A stretch of 64,000 bases of DNA from assembly GCA_963674865.2 (NCBI GenBank), contig CAXXYE010000011.1, positions 313,863 to 377,862 of the forward strand. Direction: 5' to 3'. The DNA comes from Candidatus Hydrogenedentota bacterium. Lineage in GTDB: Bacteria > Hydrogenedentota > Hydrogenedentia > Hydrogenedentales > SLHB01. Under the pieces are notes generated by a model. It searched no databases and was not told the origin of the DNA. It saw only the letters and a program-made list of their open reading frames with translations. Positions 38,308-48,114 of this stretch are shown here, one piece after another (the stretch's first letter is position 1; every line of letters begins with the position of its first letter). The translations under genes and the position numbers were made by a program.

Positions 38308-38952
38308 TTACCGCTGATACGTCCCCATCAACTCGGCCCTCGCCAAAATGTGACCTTCCATCGCCCGCTCCACATCCTTCTTCGTCATCCGCGGCCCGAG
38401 CGTTAGTTCCGTATCAAGCGCATAGAGCTTGAAGAAATACCGATGCGGCTTACCCGGCGGCGGCGCCGGCCCGCCATAGCCCACGCTTCTGAAATCCGTG
38501 ATTCCCTGCTTCGCGCCCGACGCCGGCGTCTCCGTCTTCGGCACGCCCTCCGCCAACGCCCGCGTCTCCGGCGGGATCCCGTACACCACCCAGTGCACCC
38601 ACGTGCCCATGGGCGCATCCGGATCATCACAGATCAGAGCGAAGCTCCTCGTCCCTTCCGGCGGCTCCGTCCACGCCAACGGCGGCGAAACATCCGGCCC
38701 GTCGCCCGTGTACTTCTCAGGAATCATGCCGCCCGGCTCAAAAGCGGAACACGTCAATGTCATATCCATCACCTTGCCTCCCGTCGCCTCCGGCGGCTGC
38801 GAAACCGCGCCCGGCGGCTCCACCGCCGGCGTGCCCTCCTCCGGCGCCGTCGAAGTGTCCCCGGAACAAGACGCCAGCGCCATCACGAGCGCGAGCACAA
38901 GACAGCCCGCCGCCCACGGGCCCATCCCATTCAAGGCTCTTTCAACGCCCAT
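38308..38952 (-). CDS. YbhB/YbcL (PEBP/RKIP) family lipoprotein
   Basis: DPDAP..WVHW, YGGPAPP, HRYFFKLYALD; lipobox LASC; GAGGAG RBS. Confidence 0.92.
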   Translation of the reverse strand: MGVERALNGMGPWAAGCLVLALVMALASCSGDTSTAPEEGTPAVEPPGAVSQPPEATGGKVMDMTLTCSAFEPGGMIPEKYTGDGPDVSPPLAWTEPPEGTRSFALICDDPDAPMGTWVHWVVYGIPPETRALAEGVPKTETPASGAKQGITDFRSVGYGGPAPPPGKPHRYFFKLYALDTELTLGPRMTKKDVERAMEGHILARAELMGTYQR

Positions 38953-39208
38953 TGCCCCGCTCCTCACGATATCAGCCGCCCAGATGCCCGCCAATCATTA
39001 TACTCCCCAGAACCATCCTCAAAACACACACCTCGCCTGAGTCACGCGGAAAACGGCAAACTAGCGCCGGTATCTTGCCGGCAGTGCCCTGGGCCTCTCC
39101 CCCGCCCCTGGAAGTGCCGCGATATGCCTCTGCGTTTCTCTGCGCCCTCGGCGTCTCCGCGTTGAAATGTTCGGCTCTCAGTGCGCCCGCCGCTTTCCCC
39201 CTCCCCAC

Positions 39209-39380
39209 GCCCGCGCCTCGTCTGGAGTTCCAGCTTTAGCTGGCGCCACTTCTCTGCGCGGCTCTGCGTCCTCTGAGGCCTCTGCGTTCCATTTCTCCCG
39301 CTGGGATGGAGAGGGCAGAGCACAATCTGCCGGATTTATCTGCGTTTATCCGTGTCCATCTGTGGTTCAACATCCCCTCC
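39209..39380 (+). repeat. 172-bp composite direct repeat, copy L
   Basis: Colinear with 40870-41041: GGAGTTCCAGCTTTAGCTGG, CTCTGCGTCCTCTGAG, ATCCG(T/C)GTCCATCTGTGGTT modules. Confidence 0.9.
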
Positions 39381-39511
39381 GCGGCCCCCAACCCGTATCA
39401 GACGCCTATGCAGGCCCACGTGGCTGCTGTCCTTGTGCTACACTGGCAGGCCTCAAAGGATGAGTGCAAGCCATAGGTGGCGGACAGCGAAGGAAGAGAG
39501 AAGCCTAGACA

Positions 39512-40777
39512 ATGCGAAACACCGTTCTCGCGAAATGGGCAGCCGCGGCGGCATGGATGAGCGGCGTATGCGCGCTGAGTTCCTTGGCCTGGGGCGCCGA
39601 CCTCTCAGGCTTACCTATCGGTTTCCTGCGGATTACCGAAGACGAAGAGGGCCAAATCAATGTCGTGGCCAGATGCGTGCCGGCGGAAGATCTATTGAAG
39701 GAGCTTGCCGAACGCGCCGGCCAAGTTCTGGACTTCCCCGTTCCATTGCGCATCTGTATCAGTCTCCCGCGCCAAGCATCAAACACGCTCTTCAAATCGC
39801 CGCAATTTTGGCTCGAGGAAGCAATCACCGCCGGAGGACTTGCCCCGCGCCTTCCGGACGGAGCCTCGATTGTCCAGATTGCCTCAGAGAAGGCGGAACG
39901 CTATGACGCCACGCTGGATGAAAGCGAAGTGATGGACAAGTGCAAGTGGCCTACTGCCGACGCCGCGACGGCCGTGGAAGGAAGAATCACAGGCGCCGTT
40001 CTGATACTCAGGGGCAAGTTCATTCCCCCTCCGTACCATGTGGCCGTGGGCGCCCCCTATCGCCTGGACGTACAGGGCGTCAGTGTGCCGGTGGCCGAGG
40101 TCCTGGTGAACGGCGCCGTTTGGACAATCGCTCAGGGCATGGACGAGCTGTCTGTGAAGGCGCCCAAGTCAGAGCTCCCCGCCCCGGGCCAATTCAGGAG
40201 TAGGAAAGCGCTGAGGGACTATGTGTGGAAGGTCCTGTATCCAACATCGCTTCGTGAATCCGGCGTCGTGGTGGCTCGGGAGAAGGTGGTTGAATTCCTG
40301 CGGGGACAAGATCTCATCAAAGAGGTTGTGGATCCGATCGAGCTTGAGGTTATCTATAGTGACGATCCTCACCAGCGGCCGCATCGGCTCAAGGCCATTA
40401 ACTACAACCTGCAAACGGCTCAGTACGAAGACGACGGGATGGGCATTAACGTTGGCAAGACGGCCCCTAGACTCGGCGAGGAAAAGGCCGATGAGTTGCG
40501 CCATGCACTGGCCCGTGAGCAAGTGATCTTGAAGGGAACACACGGGCGTCTTCATCTCTCGGGCGCCGATGCCGTTGCCAAGTTTCGGCGTTTGGTTGTT
40601 GAGGCCTACCCGTTGCCCCTGCCTGAGAAGGAATGTGTTCTCGCCGAGATGATTCTTGACAGGGAGCCGGCGCGCGAGTTCGCGGCAAACCTATCCTCGG
40701 ACTATGAGGCATTAACCAACGCCCTGGACGGGCTCCTCGCCAAGCTACAACAGGCTCGCGTAGAGAGCAAGAACTGA
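39512..40777 (+). CDS. Orphan secreted hypothetical protein
   Basis: 421-aa ORF with signal-like N-terminus; no recognisable motif. Confidence 0.7.
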   Translation: MRNTVLAKWAAAAAWMSGVCALSSLAWGADLSGLPIGFLRITEDEEGQINVVARCVPAEDLLKELAERAGQVLDFPVPLRICISLPRQASNTLFKSPQFWLEEAITAGGLAPRLPDGASIVQIASEKAERYDATLDESEVMDKCKWPTADAATAVEGRITGAVLILRGKFIPPPYHVAVGAPYRLDVQGVSVPVAEVLVNGAVWTIAQGMDELSVKAPKSELPAPGQFRSRKALRDYVWKVLYPTSLRESGVVVAREKVVEFLRGQDLIKEVVDPIELEVIYSDDPHQRPHRLKAINYNLQTAQYEDDGMGINVGKTAPRLGEEKADELRHALAREQVILKGTHGRLHLSGADAVAKFRRLVVEAYPLPLPEKECVLAEMILDREPAREFAANLSSDYEALTNALDGLLAKLQQARVESKN

Positions 40778-40869
40778 TACGAGGCTGAGATACTCGGGCC
40801 AAGAGCGCCGTTCCTTCCTGTACTGGAACCCATCATTGCGGCTGCCTCGACCCTCCCCCTTTTCCTCTC

Positions 40870-41041
40870 GCCCGCGCCTCGTTTGGAGTTCCAGCTTTAG
40901 CTGGTGCCACTTCTCTGCGCTGCTCTGCGTCCTCTGAGACCTCTGCGTTTCGCTTCTCCCACCGGGAGGCGAGTGCGGACCACAACCCGCCGAAATGATC
41001 CGGGCCTATCCGCGTCCATCTGTGGTTGAAGCATCCCCTCC
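40870..41041 (+). repeat. 172-bp composite direct repeat, copy R
   Basis: Colinear with 39209-39380. Confidence 0.9.
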
Positions 41042-41247
41042 CCGTACTCGCCCCGTTCCAGTTGTCCTCACGGCCTCAACACTTTGTGCTCCAATATCTT
41101 GGAACGCTCAAGCCCGTCGTCCCTCCCCTCCCCCGGTGTCAACAATTTATTGACTTTCCTCGACGCCCCGTGCTAAGTTTAAATGCTGGTAAAACTGTTC
41201 AAGCGCTGGCTCGCGGATGGGGAGCGAACCGGCGAGAGGAAGACCTG

Positions 41248-42183
41248 TTGCGACTGATCGAGGAGCAAGCGGTTCCCAAGCCGCGCGCGGCCAAGCCGGA
41301 GATCATTGTCGTGGGCGGCGGCAAAGGGGGCGCGGGCAAGACCTGCTTCGCCGTCAATACGGCCGTCGAGATCGCCCGCAAAGGCTGGAAAGTCATCATC
41401 GTTGACGGTGATCTCGGCTGCTCAAACGTCGAGACCGTCCTCGGGACGCATTCCGACGTGCGCCTCGATGACTTCTTCCACCAGCAAGGCGGCAAGGACT
41501 TGACGCGCCTCGTGTGCGAAACCCACTACGAGAACCTGGGCCTTATTCCCGGCACCACCGGCTTGCTCGACGTGGCCAATCCCCGCTACCAGCAAAAAGC
41601 CGCCCTCATCCGGGAACTCCGCAAGCTCGACGCGGATCTCATTATCGTTGACCTGGACGCTGGAGCCCATTTCAACACCCTTGACCTGTTTCTCCTTACA
41701 AACACGAACGGCGTTCTGGTGATTACACCCGAAAAAACGAGCATTGACAACGCCTTTAAGTTCTTGCGGGCCGCGCTCTTGCGGCGCATCGAGCGCTTCT
41801 ACCGAAGCCCTGAGGTTCGCTACCTTCTGAAACGAAATGAAACATTGCCCGAGTTCATTGAATGCGTCCGGGGGTGCGAGGATTTTGAGCAACCCATGCG
41901 CGACCAAGTCTGCCGTGAACTCGTCGGACTCGCCCGCTCAATCAAGCCCAAGATCGTCGTAAACCGGGCCCGCAATGCCTACGAGGCCCAAATCGCCGCC
42001 AATATCCTCTCCAAGTACGCGCGTCAGCATCTACTCGTCGCGCCGGAAACCCTTGGCTTCCTCTACTACGACACCTGCGTCCCCGAGACCATCAACGCCG
42101 GCGTACCGTTTGTCGTGAGCAAGCCCAAACAAAAGATATCGATGTGCATTGCTGACATCGCCAACCGACTTGGATACGTCTGA
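41248..42183 (+). CDS. MinD/FlhG(FleN)-like P-loop ATPase
   Basis: Deviant Walker A GKGGAGKT, VDGDLG, IIVDLDAG, VITPEKTSI; TTG start after GAGAGG; TTGACT-N17-TAAGTT promoter-like site upstream. Confidence 0.88.
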   Translation: MRLIEEQAVPKPRAAKPEIIVVGGGKGGAGKTCFAVNTAVEIARKGWKVIIVDGDLGCSNVETVLGTHSDVRLDDFFHQQGGKDLTRLVCETHYENLGLIPGTTGLLDVANPRYQQKAALIRELRKLDADLIIVDLDAGAHFNTLDLFLLTNTNGVLVITPEKTSIDNAFKFLRAALLRRIERFYRSPEVRYLLKRNETLPEFIECVRGCEDFEQPMRDQVCRELVGLARSIKPKIVVNRARNAYEAQIAANILSKYARQHLLVAPETLGFLYYDTCVPETINAGVPFVVSKPKQKISMCIADIANRLGYV

Positions 42184-42184
42184 C

Positions 42185-42901
42185 ATGCCACAAGACGATC
42201 AGCATGACCGCCAGATGCCCCCCAAGAAGAAGCCCCTCGACTTGGAACTTGAGGCCAAGCGCGACCCCGAGACGGCCCGCTCCCTGGAAGAGCTGGAAAG
42301 GGCCAGAAGCGGCGGGTTGATGGGACGGTTCAATACCGCCCTGCGCGACGTGCTCCAGACCTCCCGCGGCGGAGAACGCACCCGCCACGCCGTTGAAGAA
42401 GCCGGCGAAAGCCCCCACGTTACCGCCGACGACCTCGCCATACGACGCGCCAAACACGTCAGCACCACACGTATGGTCGTTCCCGAAGGCGTCATCATCA
42501 ACGGCTCCATGACCAGCGGCTCCGAAACCGAGATCAATGGCCGTATCGACGGCGATGTCAATGTGGACGGCCGCCTCTACCTGGGCCCGAGTGCCCTCGT
42601 GTCGGGCAACGTCAGGGCCACCGACTGCCAAATCGAGGGCCTTGTCGAGGGCAAGGTCGAATGCTCCCAATCCATCGAGTTGGGCGAGTCCGGGCGCCTG
42701 AACGCCGACGTTGTCGTCGGCAAGCGCGTGACACTGGCCGGACACGTATTCGGCAACATCTCCACCAGCGGCGTCCTGTACCTGGGCGCCTCGGCCAAAG
42801 TCAAAGGCAATATCCAGACAAGGCGGCTGAACATCGAAGAAGGCGCCACCTTCAACGGCCACTGTCTCATGCGCTCCAAAGCCCAGGACAGGGCCTCGTA
42901 A
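42185..42901 (+). CDS. Bactofilin (polymer-forming cytoskeletal protein)
   Basis: Repeated (I/V)xGxVxGxV beta-helix motifs ending IEEGATFNGHC; charged N-terminal tail. Confidence 0.9.
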   Translation: MPQDDQHDRQMPPKKKPLDLELEAKRDPETARSLEELERARSGGLMGRFNTALRDVLQTSRGGERTRHAVEEAGESPHVTADDLAIRRAKHVSTTRMVVPEGVIINGSMTSGSETEINGRIDGDVNVDGRLYLGPSALVSGNVRATDCQIEGLVEGKVECSQSIELGESGRLNADVVVGKRVTLAGHVFGNISTSGVLYLGASAKVKGNIQTRRLNIEEGATFNGHCLMRSKAQDRAS

Positions 42902-43573
42902 GTGTATCTCGGCCAGACATTTCCTCTGCTGCTCCTCGCCTTTGCCTTTACCCTCTATGCGCAGCACAAGGTTCGCTCCACCTACGCCAACTATTCCCAG
43001 GTGCAGGTACGAGCCCGGATGACCGGCGCCGATGTAGCCATGCACATCATGCGCGACGCAGGCGCCCAATGCGATATCGAGGCCATACCGGGCCAAATGA
43101 CCGACCACTACGATCCCAGAACCCGGACCCTTAGGCTGTCCCAAGATGTGTATTACGGCCGTAGCATCGCGGCCTTGGGCATCGCGGCGCACGAGGTCGG
43201 CCACGCCATACAGCACGCGCGGGCCTACTCCCCCCTCATGCTGCGCAATGTCGTCTATCCCGTATGTAGCCTCGGATCTACCTTGGCGTTTCCCCTGTTT
43301 TTCCTTGGCCTGTTTGCCGTCCCGGCACTCATCAACGTGGCTATCATCCTGTATACGCTTGCCGTCTTCTTCACGCTGCTCACGCTTCCCGTCGAGTTCA
43401 ATGCGAGCCGCCGCGCCCTGGCGTCTCTTGAGCGGGGAGGATACCTCGACACGGACGAGTTGGCCGGTGCGCGTCAAGTGTTGACCGCCGCGGCAATGAC
43501 CTATGTCGCCGCGGCCGCCATGGCCGTACTCCAGCTCTTGCGCATGATCATGTTCGCTCGAGGGCGGGACTGA
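42902..43573 (+). CDS. YugP-like membrane zinc metallopeptidase
   Basis: DHYDP, AAHEVGHAIQ, TLPVEFNASRRA, AAAMTYVA. Confidence 0.92.
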   Translation: MYLGQTFPLLLLAFAFTLYAQHKVRSTYANYSQVQVRARMTGADVAMHIMRDAGAQCDIEAIPGQMTDHYDPRTRTLRLSQDVYYGRSIAALGIAAHEVGHAIQHARAYSPLMLRNVVYPVCSLGSTLAFPLFFLGLFAVPALINVAIILYTLAVFFTLLTLPVEFNASRRALASLERGGYLDTDELAGARQVLTAAAMTYVAAAAMAVLQLLRMIMFARGRD

Positions 43574-43710
43574 ATAGCCTAGAGCGTTGTCGTTGAATTG
43601 CAGGTGAGATGAGCGAACTGCGGATGACTTTGCGTGAGTTGTTCAGATCGGACTTCCGAGCGCAGCGGGGCTTTCTACATGTCGCCAAACGACATACGTG
43701 ATGCCGGCGG

Positions 43711-44895
43711 GTGGCCGCCATGAGGGTGGCCGCTGTGATGCTGCTCCTCTGGGCCGGCGCGGCCGTCCAGGATGACGACGTCGAGCGGCTTCGGGGCGAG
43801 GGATTCTGCCTTGGCGTGGGCCCCGTGGCGACGGCGGGCGCCGTCGACAACGCGCAGCAGAGCATGATCGTCGACTTCCTAGAGGCCCTGGTCGCCTCAG
43901 GTGATCTGACGCCCTTCGCTCCCATGCTCGAAAGCCCTGGCCAATACATCCACTCTTTCAATGTCGTCGACCAGTCCGTTGACGACGGCGCCACGCGCGT
44001 TACCATCGACGCCTACCTCTTGGCAAACAGACTCCGCCGTGACGCCGCCACGCTCATGCTCCGAAGCGGCGCGATTCACTCCTCCGTGGTGCTTCTCCTA
44101 GGGCAGAGTTCGGGCCTCAAGGAGCCCCTTGTACTGAGCCCGCCGTCCATGGCCGAGACGATCCTCGCCGAACGCCTTGCGAAAGCACGCCTTGCGGTTA
44201 CAGATCCCGCCAAACTGCGCGAATGTTATACGGATTCCGAACTCAAAGCGGTTGTTCAGGGAGACAAGGATGCCGTGGGCCGGTTCGCATACGAGAACTT
44301 GACGGATCTGGCGGTGGTTGGCGCCGCAACCTGCTACGTCGACGAAACCCAAGGCGCCCCTGACCTTCACCCCTGCACCGCAGTAATCGTCCTCCGCGTG
44401 GGGCGGGCCAGTGATGAGCGCGACGTCGGCGAATTCCGTGCCAAGGCCACCGTTCATGGCTTGGCCGAGGAAGGTTTGCATCAAGCCATCGAGGACGCCT
44501 GCGATAAGCTGATAAGCGAGCTTGTCACCTCTTGCGTCGTGGCGGCCGCCGGCGCGCCGCCTTTGGATGGTATCCGGCTGACCCTTGAACGCCCGGGACG
44601 TCTGCACCGCCTTGATGAAATCGCGACACGCCTTGCCTTGACACCCGGCGTGGCCTCTGTCGAGACCCTTCATTTCTCCCCGCGCGAGGCGTATCTTCGT
44701 CTGCGCTACACCGGCCCCCCGAGGCCCCTTGTCAAATCGCTCGAAGACGGCCGCTATTCTGATTTTCGCGTCGAAGCCCGCCAGGTTGTGGCGCAAGACA
44801 TGGTTATGGCCGTCATCGAATCCGGCGAGGGTGAAACGGAGCCGCAGGTAGACCCGGCCGGTACGGATTCACCCAAAGAAGAAGCCGGGGCGTGA
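43711..44895 (+). CDS. Hypothetical exported protein
   Basis: 394-aa ORF with hydrophobic N-terminus; start uncertain. Confidence 0.65.
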   Translation: MAAMRVAAVMLLLWAGAAVQDDDVERLRGEGFCLGVGPVATAGAVDNAQQSMIVDFLEALVASGDLTPFAPMLESPGQYIHSFNVVDQSVDDGATRVTIDAYLLANRLRRDAATLMLRSGAIHSSVVLLLGQSSGLKEPLVLSPPSMAETILAERLAKARLAVTDPAKLRECYTDSELKAVVQGDKDAVGRFAYENLTDLAVVGAATCYVDETQGAPDLHPCTAVIVLRVGRASDERDVGEFRAKATVHGLAEEGLHQAIEDACDKLISELVTSCVVAAAGAPPLDGIRLTLERPGRLHRLDEIATRLALTPGVASVETLHFSPREAYLRLRYTGPPRPLVKSLEDGRYSDFRVEARQVVAQDMVMAVIESGEGETEPQVDPAGTDSPKEEAGA

Positions 44896-44938
44896 CAAAC
44901 ACACCCCGGCCCAAAAGGTCGGTTGATACGAGACGAGA

Positions 44939-45196
44939 CTACGACGCGACGGGCTTGACCCGCTTCGGGGCCTTCGTGAACTTCCCCGCCTTGATATAGC
45001 GGGCGCAAACCTTCACGCGACGCACCGTGCCGTTCTCGTCGATGATGCGAATCTTCTGAAGGTTGGGCTTCCAACGCCGCGTCGAGATACCGGTGACATT
45101 CTGTCCGATACCGCCCTCGCGCTTGGCCTTACCGCGCCGTACGACTCTTTTGCCCTTTTGCGGCCGCTTGCCGCTGTAATCACAAACTCTAGACAT
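44939..45196 (-). CDS. rpmB: 50S ribosomal protein L28
   Basis: MSRVCDYSGK, RRWKPNLQ, KVCARYIK; GGGAGAGG RBS. Confidence 0.95.
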   Translation of the reverse strand: MSRVCDYSGKRPQKGKRVVRRGKAKREGGIGQNVTGISTRRWKPNLQKIRIIDENGTVRRVKVCARYIKAGKFTKAPKRVKPVAS

Positions 45197-45367
45197 GATC
45201 CTCTCCCATCGAAATCCCCGGATGACCCAACGCCGCGAACACCTTGTAGGCTAGTGACTTGGAGCGCATCACGGCTGGTGACTTCGCCACCGGGCTTCCA
45301 CACACGGGCTTGGTTCGCCCATCGGCTGGTGCTATACTTCGCCCAACAAACCGGCGAAGTCTACCAC

Positions 45368-46408
45368 ATGATCACTCCCAATTCAACACACCACACGGGA
45401 AACCGGGGACTGTCCCACGCGAGCGAAGCGAAATGGGACTGTGAGGCTGTTGAAGAAGTCGCATTCGCTCCAGAGGTTGAGCGAAAGACCTTGACTGTCC
45501 CAAGCGGAGTCCGCCGAGGGCGGACGCAGACGGGACTGTCCCAGGTCTCTTTGCGGCCTGCGTGCAGCAACTCCGGACTCTTTCAACGGCTCCACTGTCC
45601 CAGTTTTCCGAAAGCCGCCCTCGCGTTTCTTGTCTGTGCCACATTGACGGCCTGCGCTCACCTTGCCCCCTCCCGCAGGCTGCAACATCCACCCGGTTCC
45701 CGGCCGGTTCCACGCGAAATCCTCGCCGTTTTGGCGGAAAACGACGCCAAGATCATCGATTTCCATGCTGTCGGCACGTTTACCATCGCCGCCCCCGAGT
45801 TCGCCGCGAAGAAACTGTGCACCGGCGACGTCGTCTACCGAAAGCCCGCCTCGCTGCACATCACCGGGCGGCACAGAACCTGGGGCAACGTCGTCTTTCT
45901 CCTCACCTCCGTCGGCAAGGAGTTTCTTCTCACCTTCCCGGGCGAAGACGCGCAGCCCTACTACTACCACGAAGGCGCCGCCGTTGAGGGCGTTGATTTC
46001 AGCGTCTCGCCGTCCGACATCGTCCGTGAGATGTACTTTCCCGAGTCCTGGGGAGAATTGCCTCTCCGGGAGGTGCGCGTGGCCGATTACGACTCAGCCG
46101 CACACATTGCCGTCCTCCTCATCGGCCCCGCCGGCCGCCCCCGTCGGCGCGTCGAAGTGGCTGGGCCCCACTGGGATGTCGTCCGCAACGAGCTTCTGGG
46201 TGAGGACGGACAAGTGACGGCCGTCACGCGCTTGGCTGGCTACGATACCTTCGACGGCATCCGCTTCCCTATGGAGGTTGAGTCCCGGTTCCCCGCCAAG
46301 GAGACCGAGATGAGCATCCGATTGCGCAAGATCGACTTCAATACCGGCGTGGCGGACTCCGCCTTCGCCTTTGATTGGCCCGAGCCCTATGACCAGCCCG
46401 CTGACTGA
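45368..46408 (+). CDS. LolA/LolB-fold (DUF4292-like) lipoprotein with repeat-derived N-terminal extension
   Basis: Lipobox LTAC only at residue ~96; C-terminal FNTGVADSAFAF LolA-like ending. Confidence 0.7.
   Translation: MITPNSTHHTGNRGLSHASEAKWDCEAVEEVAFAPEVERKTLTVPSGVRRGRTQTGLSQVSLRPACSNSGLFQRLHCPSFPKAALAFLVCATLTACAHLAPSRRLQHPPGSRPVPREILAVLAENDAKIIDFHAVGTFTIAAPEFAAKKLCTGDVVYRKPASLHITGRHRTWGNVVFLLTSVGKEFLLTFPGEDAQPYYYHEGAAVEGVDFSVSPSDIVREMYFPESWGELPLREVRVADYDSAAHIAVLLIGPAGRPRRRVEVAGPHWDVVRNELLGEDGQVTAVTRLAGYDTFDGIRFPMEVESRFPAKETEMSIRLRKIDFNTGVADSAFAFDWPEPYDQPAD
45443..45593. mobile_element. 151-bp MITE-like insertion within a GGGACTGTCCC repeat
   Basis: Imperfect terminal inverted repeats GAGGCTGTTGAAGAAGTC / GACTCTTTCAACGGCTCC (13/18), flanked by direct ACTGT (45438-45442, 45594-45598). 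Confidence 0.65.
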
Positions 46409-47417
46409 CCTGAACCCCTTTGAGATCGCGTCCGAATTGGGCCTTAAACCCTTTCAAGGCAAGCAGATATTCCGTTGGCTGCACGCCCGGCGCGTGTTCG
46501 ATCCCGAAGCCATGACCGACCTCTCCAAGGCGCTTCGCGAGCGCATGCGGGCCACTTGCGTCTTCGCGCAACTTCGCCAAGAGCACGTGATGCAGTCGGC
46601 GCGCACGGGCGCCAAGAAGATCCTCTTCCGCCTGCTCGATGACGAAACCGTCGAATCCGTTCTTCTGCGCGACCGCGACCGCGTCACGCTGTGTCTGTCA
46701 ACGCAGGTGGGCTGTGCGCTGGGCTGCGCCTTCTGCGCCACGGGACAATCCGGTTTCGTTCGCAATCTCCGCGCGGGAGAGATCGTCGAGCAGGCCCTCC
46801 ACCTGCTTGAAGGTGAGGAAATCGCCGGGCGCACGCCGAACATCGTCTACATGGGCATGGGAGAGCCCTTCCAGAATTACGAATCCGTCATGCGGAGCCT
46901 TAGGCTCCTGATGGACCCCGACGGCCTGGGCATTGGCGCGCGCAAGATCACCGTTTCCACCGCCGGCGACATCCCAGGAATAGAACGCTTCGCCCGGGAA
47001 GACCTCCAGGTTCGTCTTAGCATTTCCCTTCACGCCGCTGACGATGAACTCCGCTCCCGCCTGGTGCCTCTGAACCAGCGCTACCCCCTGCGCCGACTCT
47101 TCGAGGCCATTCGACGCTACATCTCACTCACCGGGCGGCACGTTTCCTTCGAGTGGGTCCTTTTGAAGGGAGTGAACGACTCCGCCCGGGACGCGCACGC
47201 CTTGGCGCGGCTCATTGCAGGCTTGAACGCCACGGTGAACCTCATCCCCTACAATCCCGTCGAGGGCCGCGGCTTCGCCTCTCCCGGCGCCGCGGCTGTT
47301 GCCGCCTTCCGCCAGATCCTTGCCGAAGACGGCGTCAAAACAACCCAACGGCGCGAACGAGGCCAAGACATCGACGCCGCCTGCGGCCAGCTACGTGCCC
47401 ATCACGCAGGGCCGTAG
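46389..47417 (+). CDS. rlmN: Dual-specificity RNA methyltransferase RlmN
   Basis: CALGCAFC radical-SAM motif, MGMGEP, DIDAACGQL. Confidence 0.96.
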   Translation: MTSPLTDLNPFEIASELGLKPFQGKQIFRWLHARRVFDPEAMTDLSKALRERMRATCVFAQLRQEHVMQSARTGAKKILFRLLDDETVESVLLRDRDRVTLCLSTQVGCALGCAFCATGQSGFVRNLRAGEIVEQALHLLEGEEIAGRTPNIVYMGMGEPFQNYESVMRSLRLLMDPDGLGIGARKITVSTAGDIPGIERFAREDLQVRLSISLHAADDELRSRLVPLNQRYPLRRLFEAIRRYISLTGRHVSFEWVLLKGVNDSARDAHALARLIAGLNATVNLIPYNPVEGRGFASPGAAAVAAFRQILAEDGVKTTQRRERGQDIDAACGQLRAHHAGP

Positions 47418-47421
47418 CCTA

Positions 47422-48114
47422 TTACCCGGCCTCATCTTCCAACGTTGCGTGAAGGGCGTTCAGCTCCTGCTCCATCCGTACGCGCATGGCCTCGATAGTC
47501 TTTGAGGACGCCTTCTCGGGTGGAGGAATGGGCGTTCCGATGGAGCAAATAACGCGCGAAAACGGCCTTGGGACGATGAACCGATCCCAGGAATGCAGTC
47601 GCCATCCCGAACAAGCTACGTGGGCCATAGGAACCACGGGCAAGCCGCTTCGCGCTGCAATGATCGCTGCTCCGGGCTTGGCGACCCGCCGCGGACCTCG
47701 CGGGCCGTCGAGCGTCAATCCTACGGCCGGCACGATCTCGAGCGCCTTCTTCATCTGCTGGAGCGCCTTCACGCCGCCCCGTGATGACGAGCCGCGCAGT
47801 GCCTCGATCCCGAACCAGTTGACCACGCGCGCCGCAATCTCCCCGTCGTAACTGAAGCTGGTGAGCGTGTGGTAGTCCCTGTCGCGAAAGCGATACGCCG
47901 CCATCCCGAGCGTTTCATGCCAGAATCCCAGTACGCCGTGGCCGTATTCCGACAAGGCCCGCTCCCAATGCTCCTCCCCACGGATCTCCACGCGGCAGGT
48001 GTGCATTAAGAGCTTGTACGCCGTTGCCGCTGCCGCCGGGATGATGGCGAGCGCCAGCCGCTGCTTGCGGCTGAAGATGACGGGACTCGCATATTCGAGG
48101 CCGGGGTGTTTCAC
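47422..48114 (-). CDS. DUF374 lysophospholipid acyltransferase family protein
   Basis: FWH, S..DGEI, RGSSSRGG, DGPRGP, SWDRF..P.PFS; GTGA overlap with panE. Confidence 0.88.
   Translation of the reverse strand: MKHPGLEYASPVIFSRKQRLALAIIPAAAATAYKLLMHTCRVEIRGEEHWERALSEYGHGVLGFWHETLGMAAYRFRDRDYHTLTSFSYDGEIAARVVNWFGIEALRGSSSRGGVKALQQMKKALEIVPAVGLTLDGPRGPRRVAKPGAAIIAARSGLPVVPMAHVACSGWRLHSWDRFIVPRPFSRVICSIGTPIPPPEKASSKTIEAMRVRMEQELNALHATLEDEAG

Noticed and set aside
41026..41247. N-terminal extension of the MinD-like ORF
   Set aside because: It runs through repeat and promoter sequence; a better start with RBS is at 41248.
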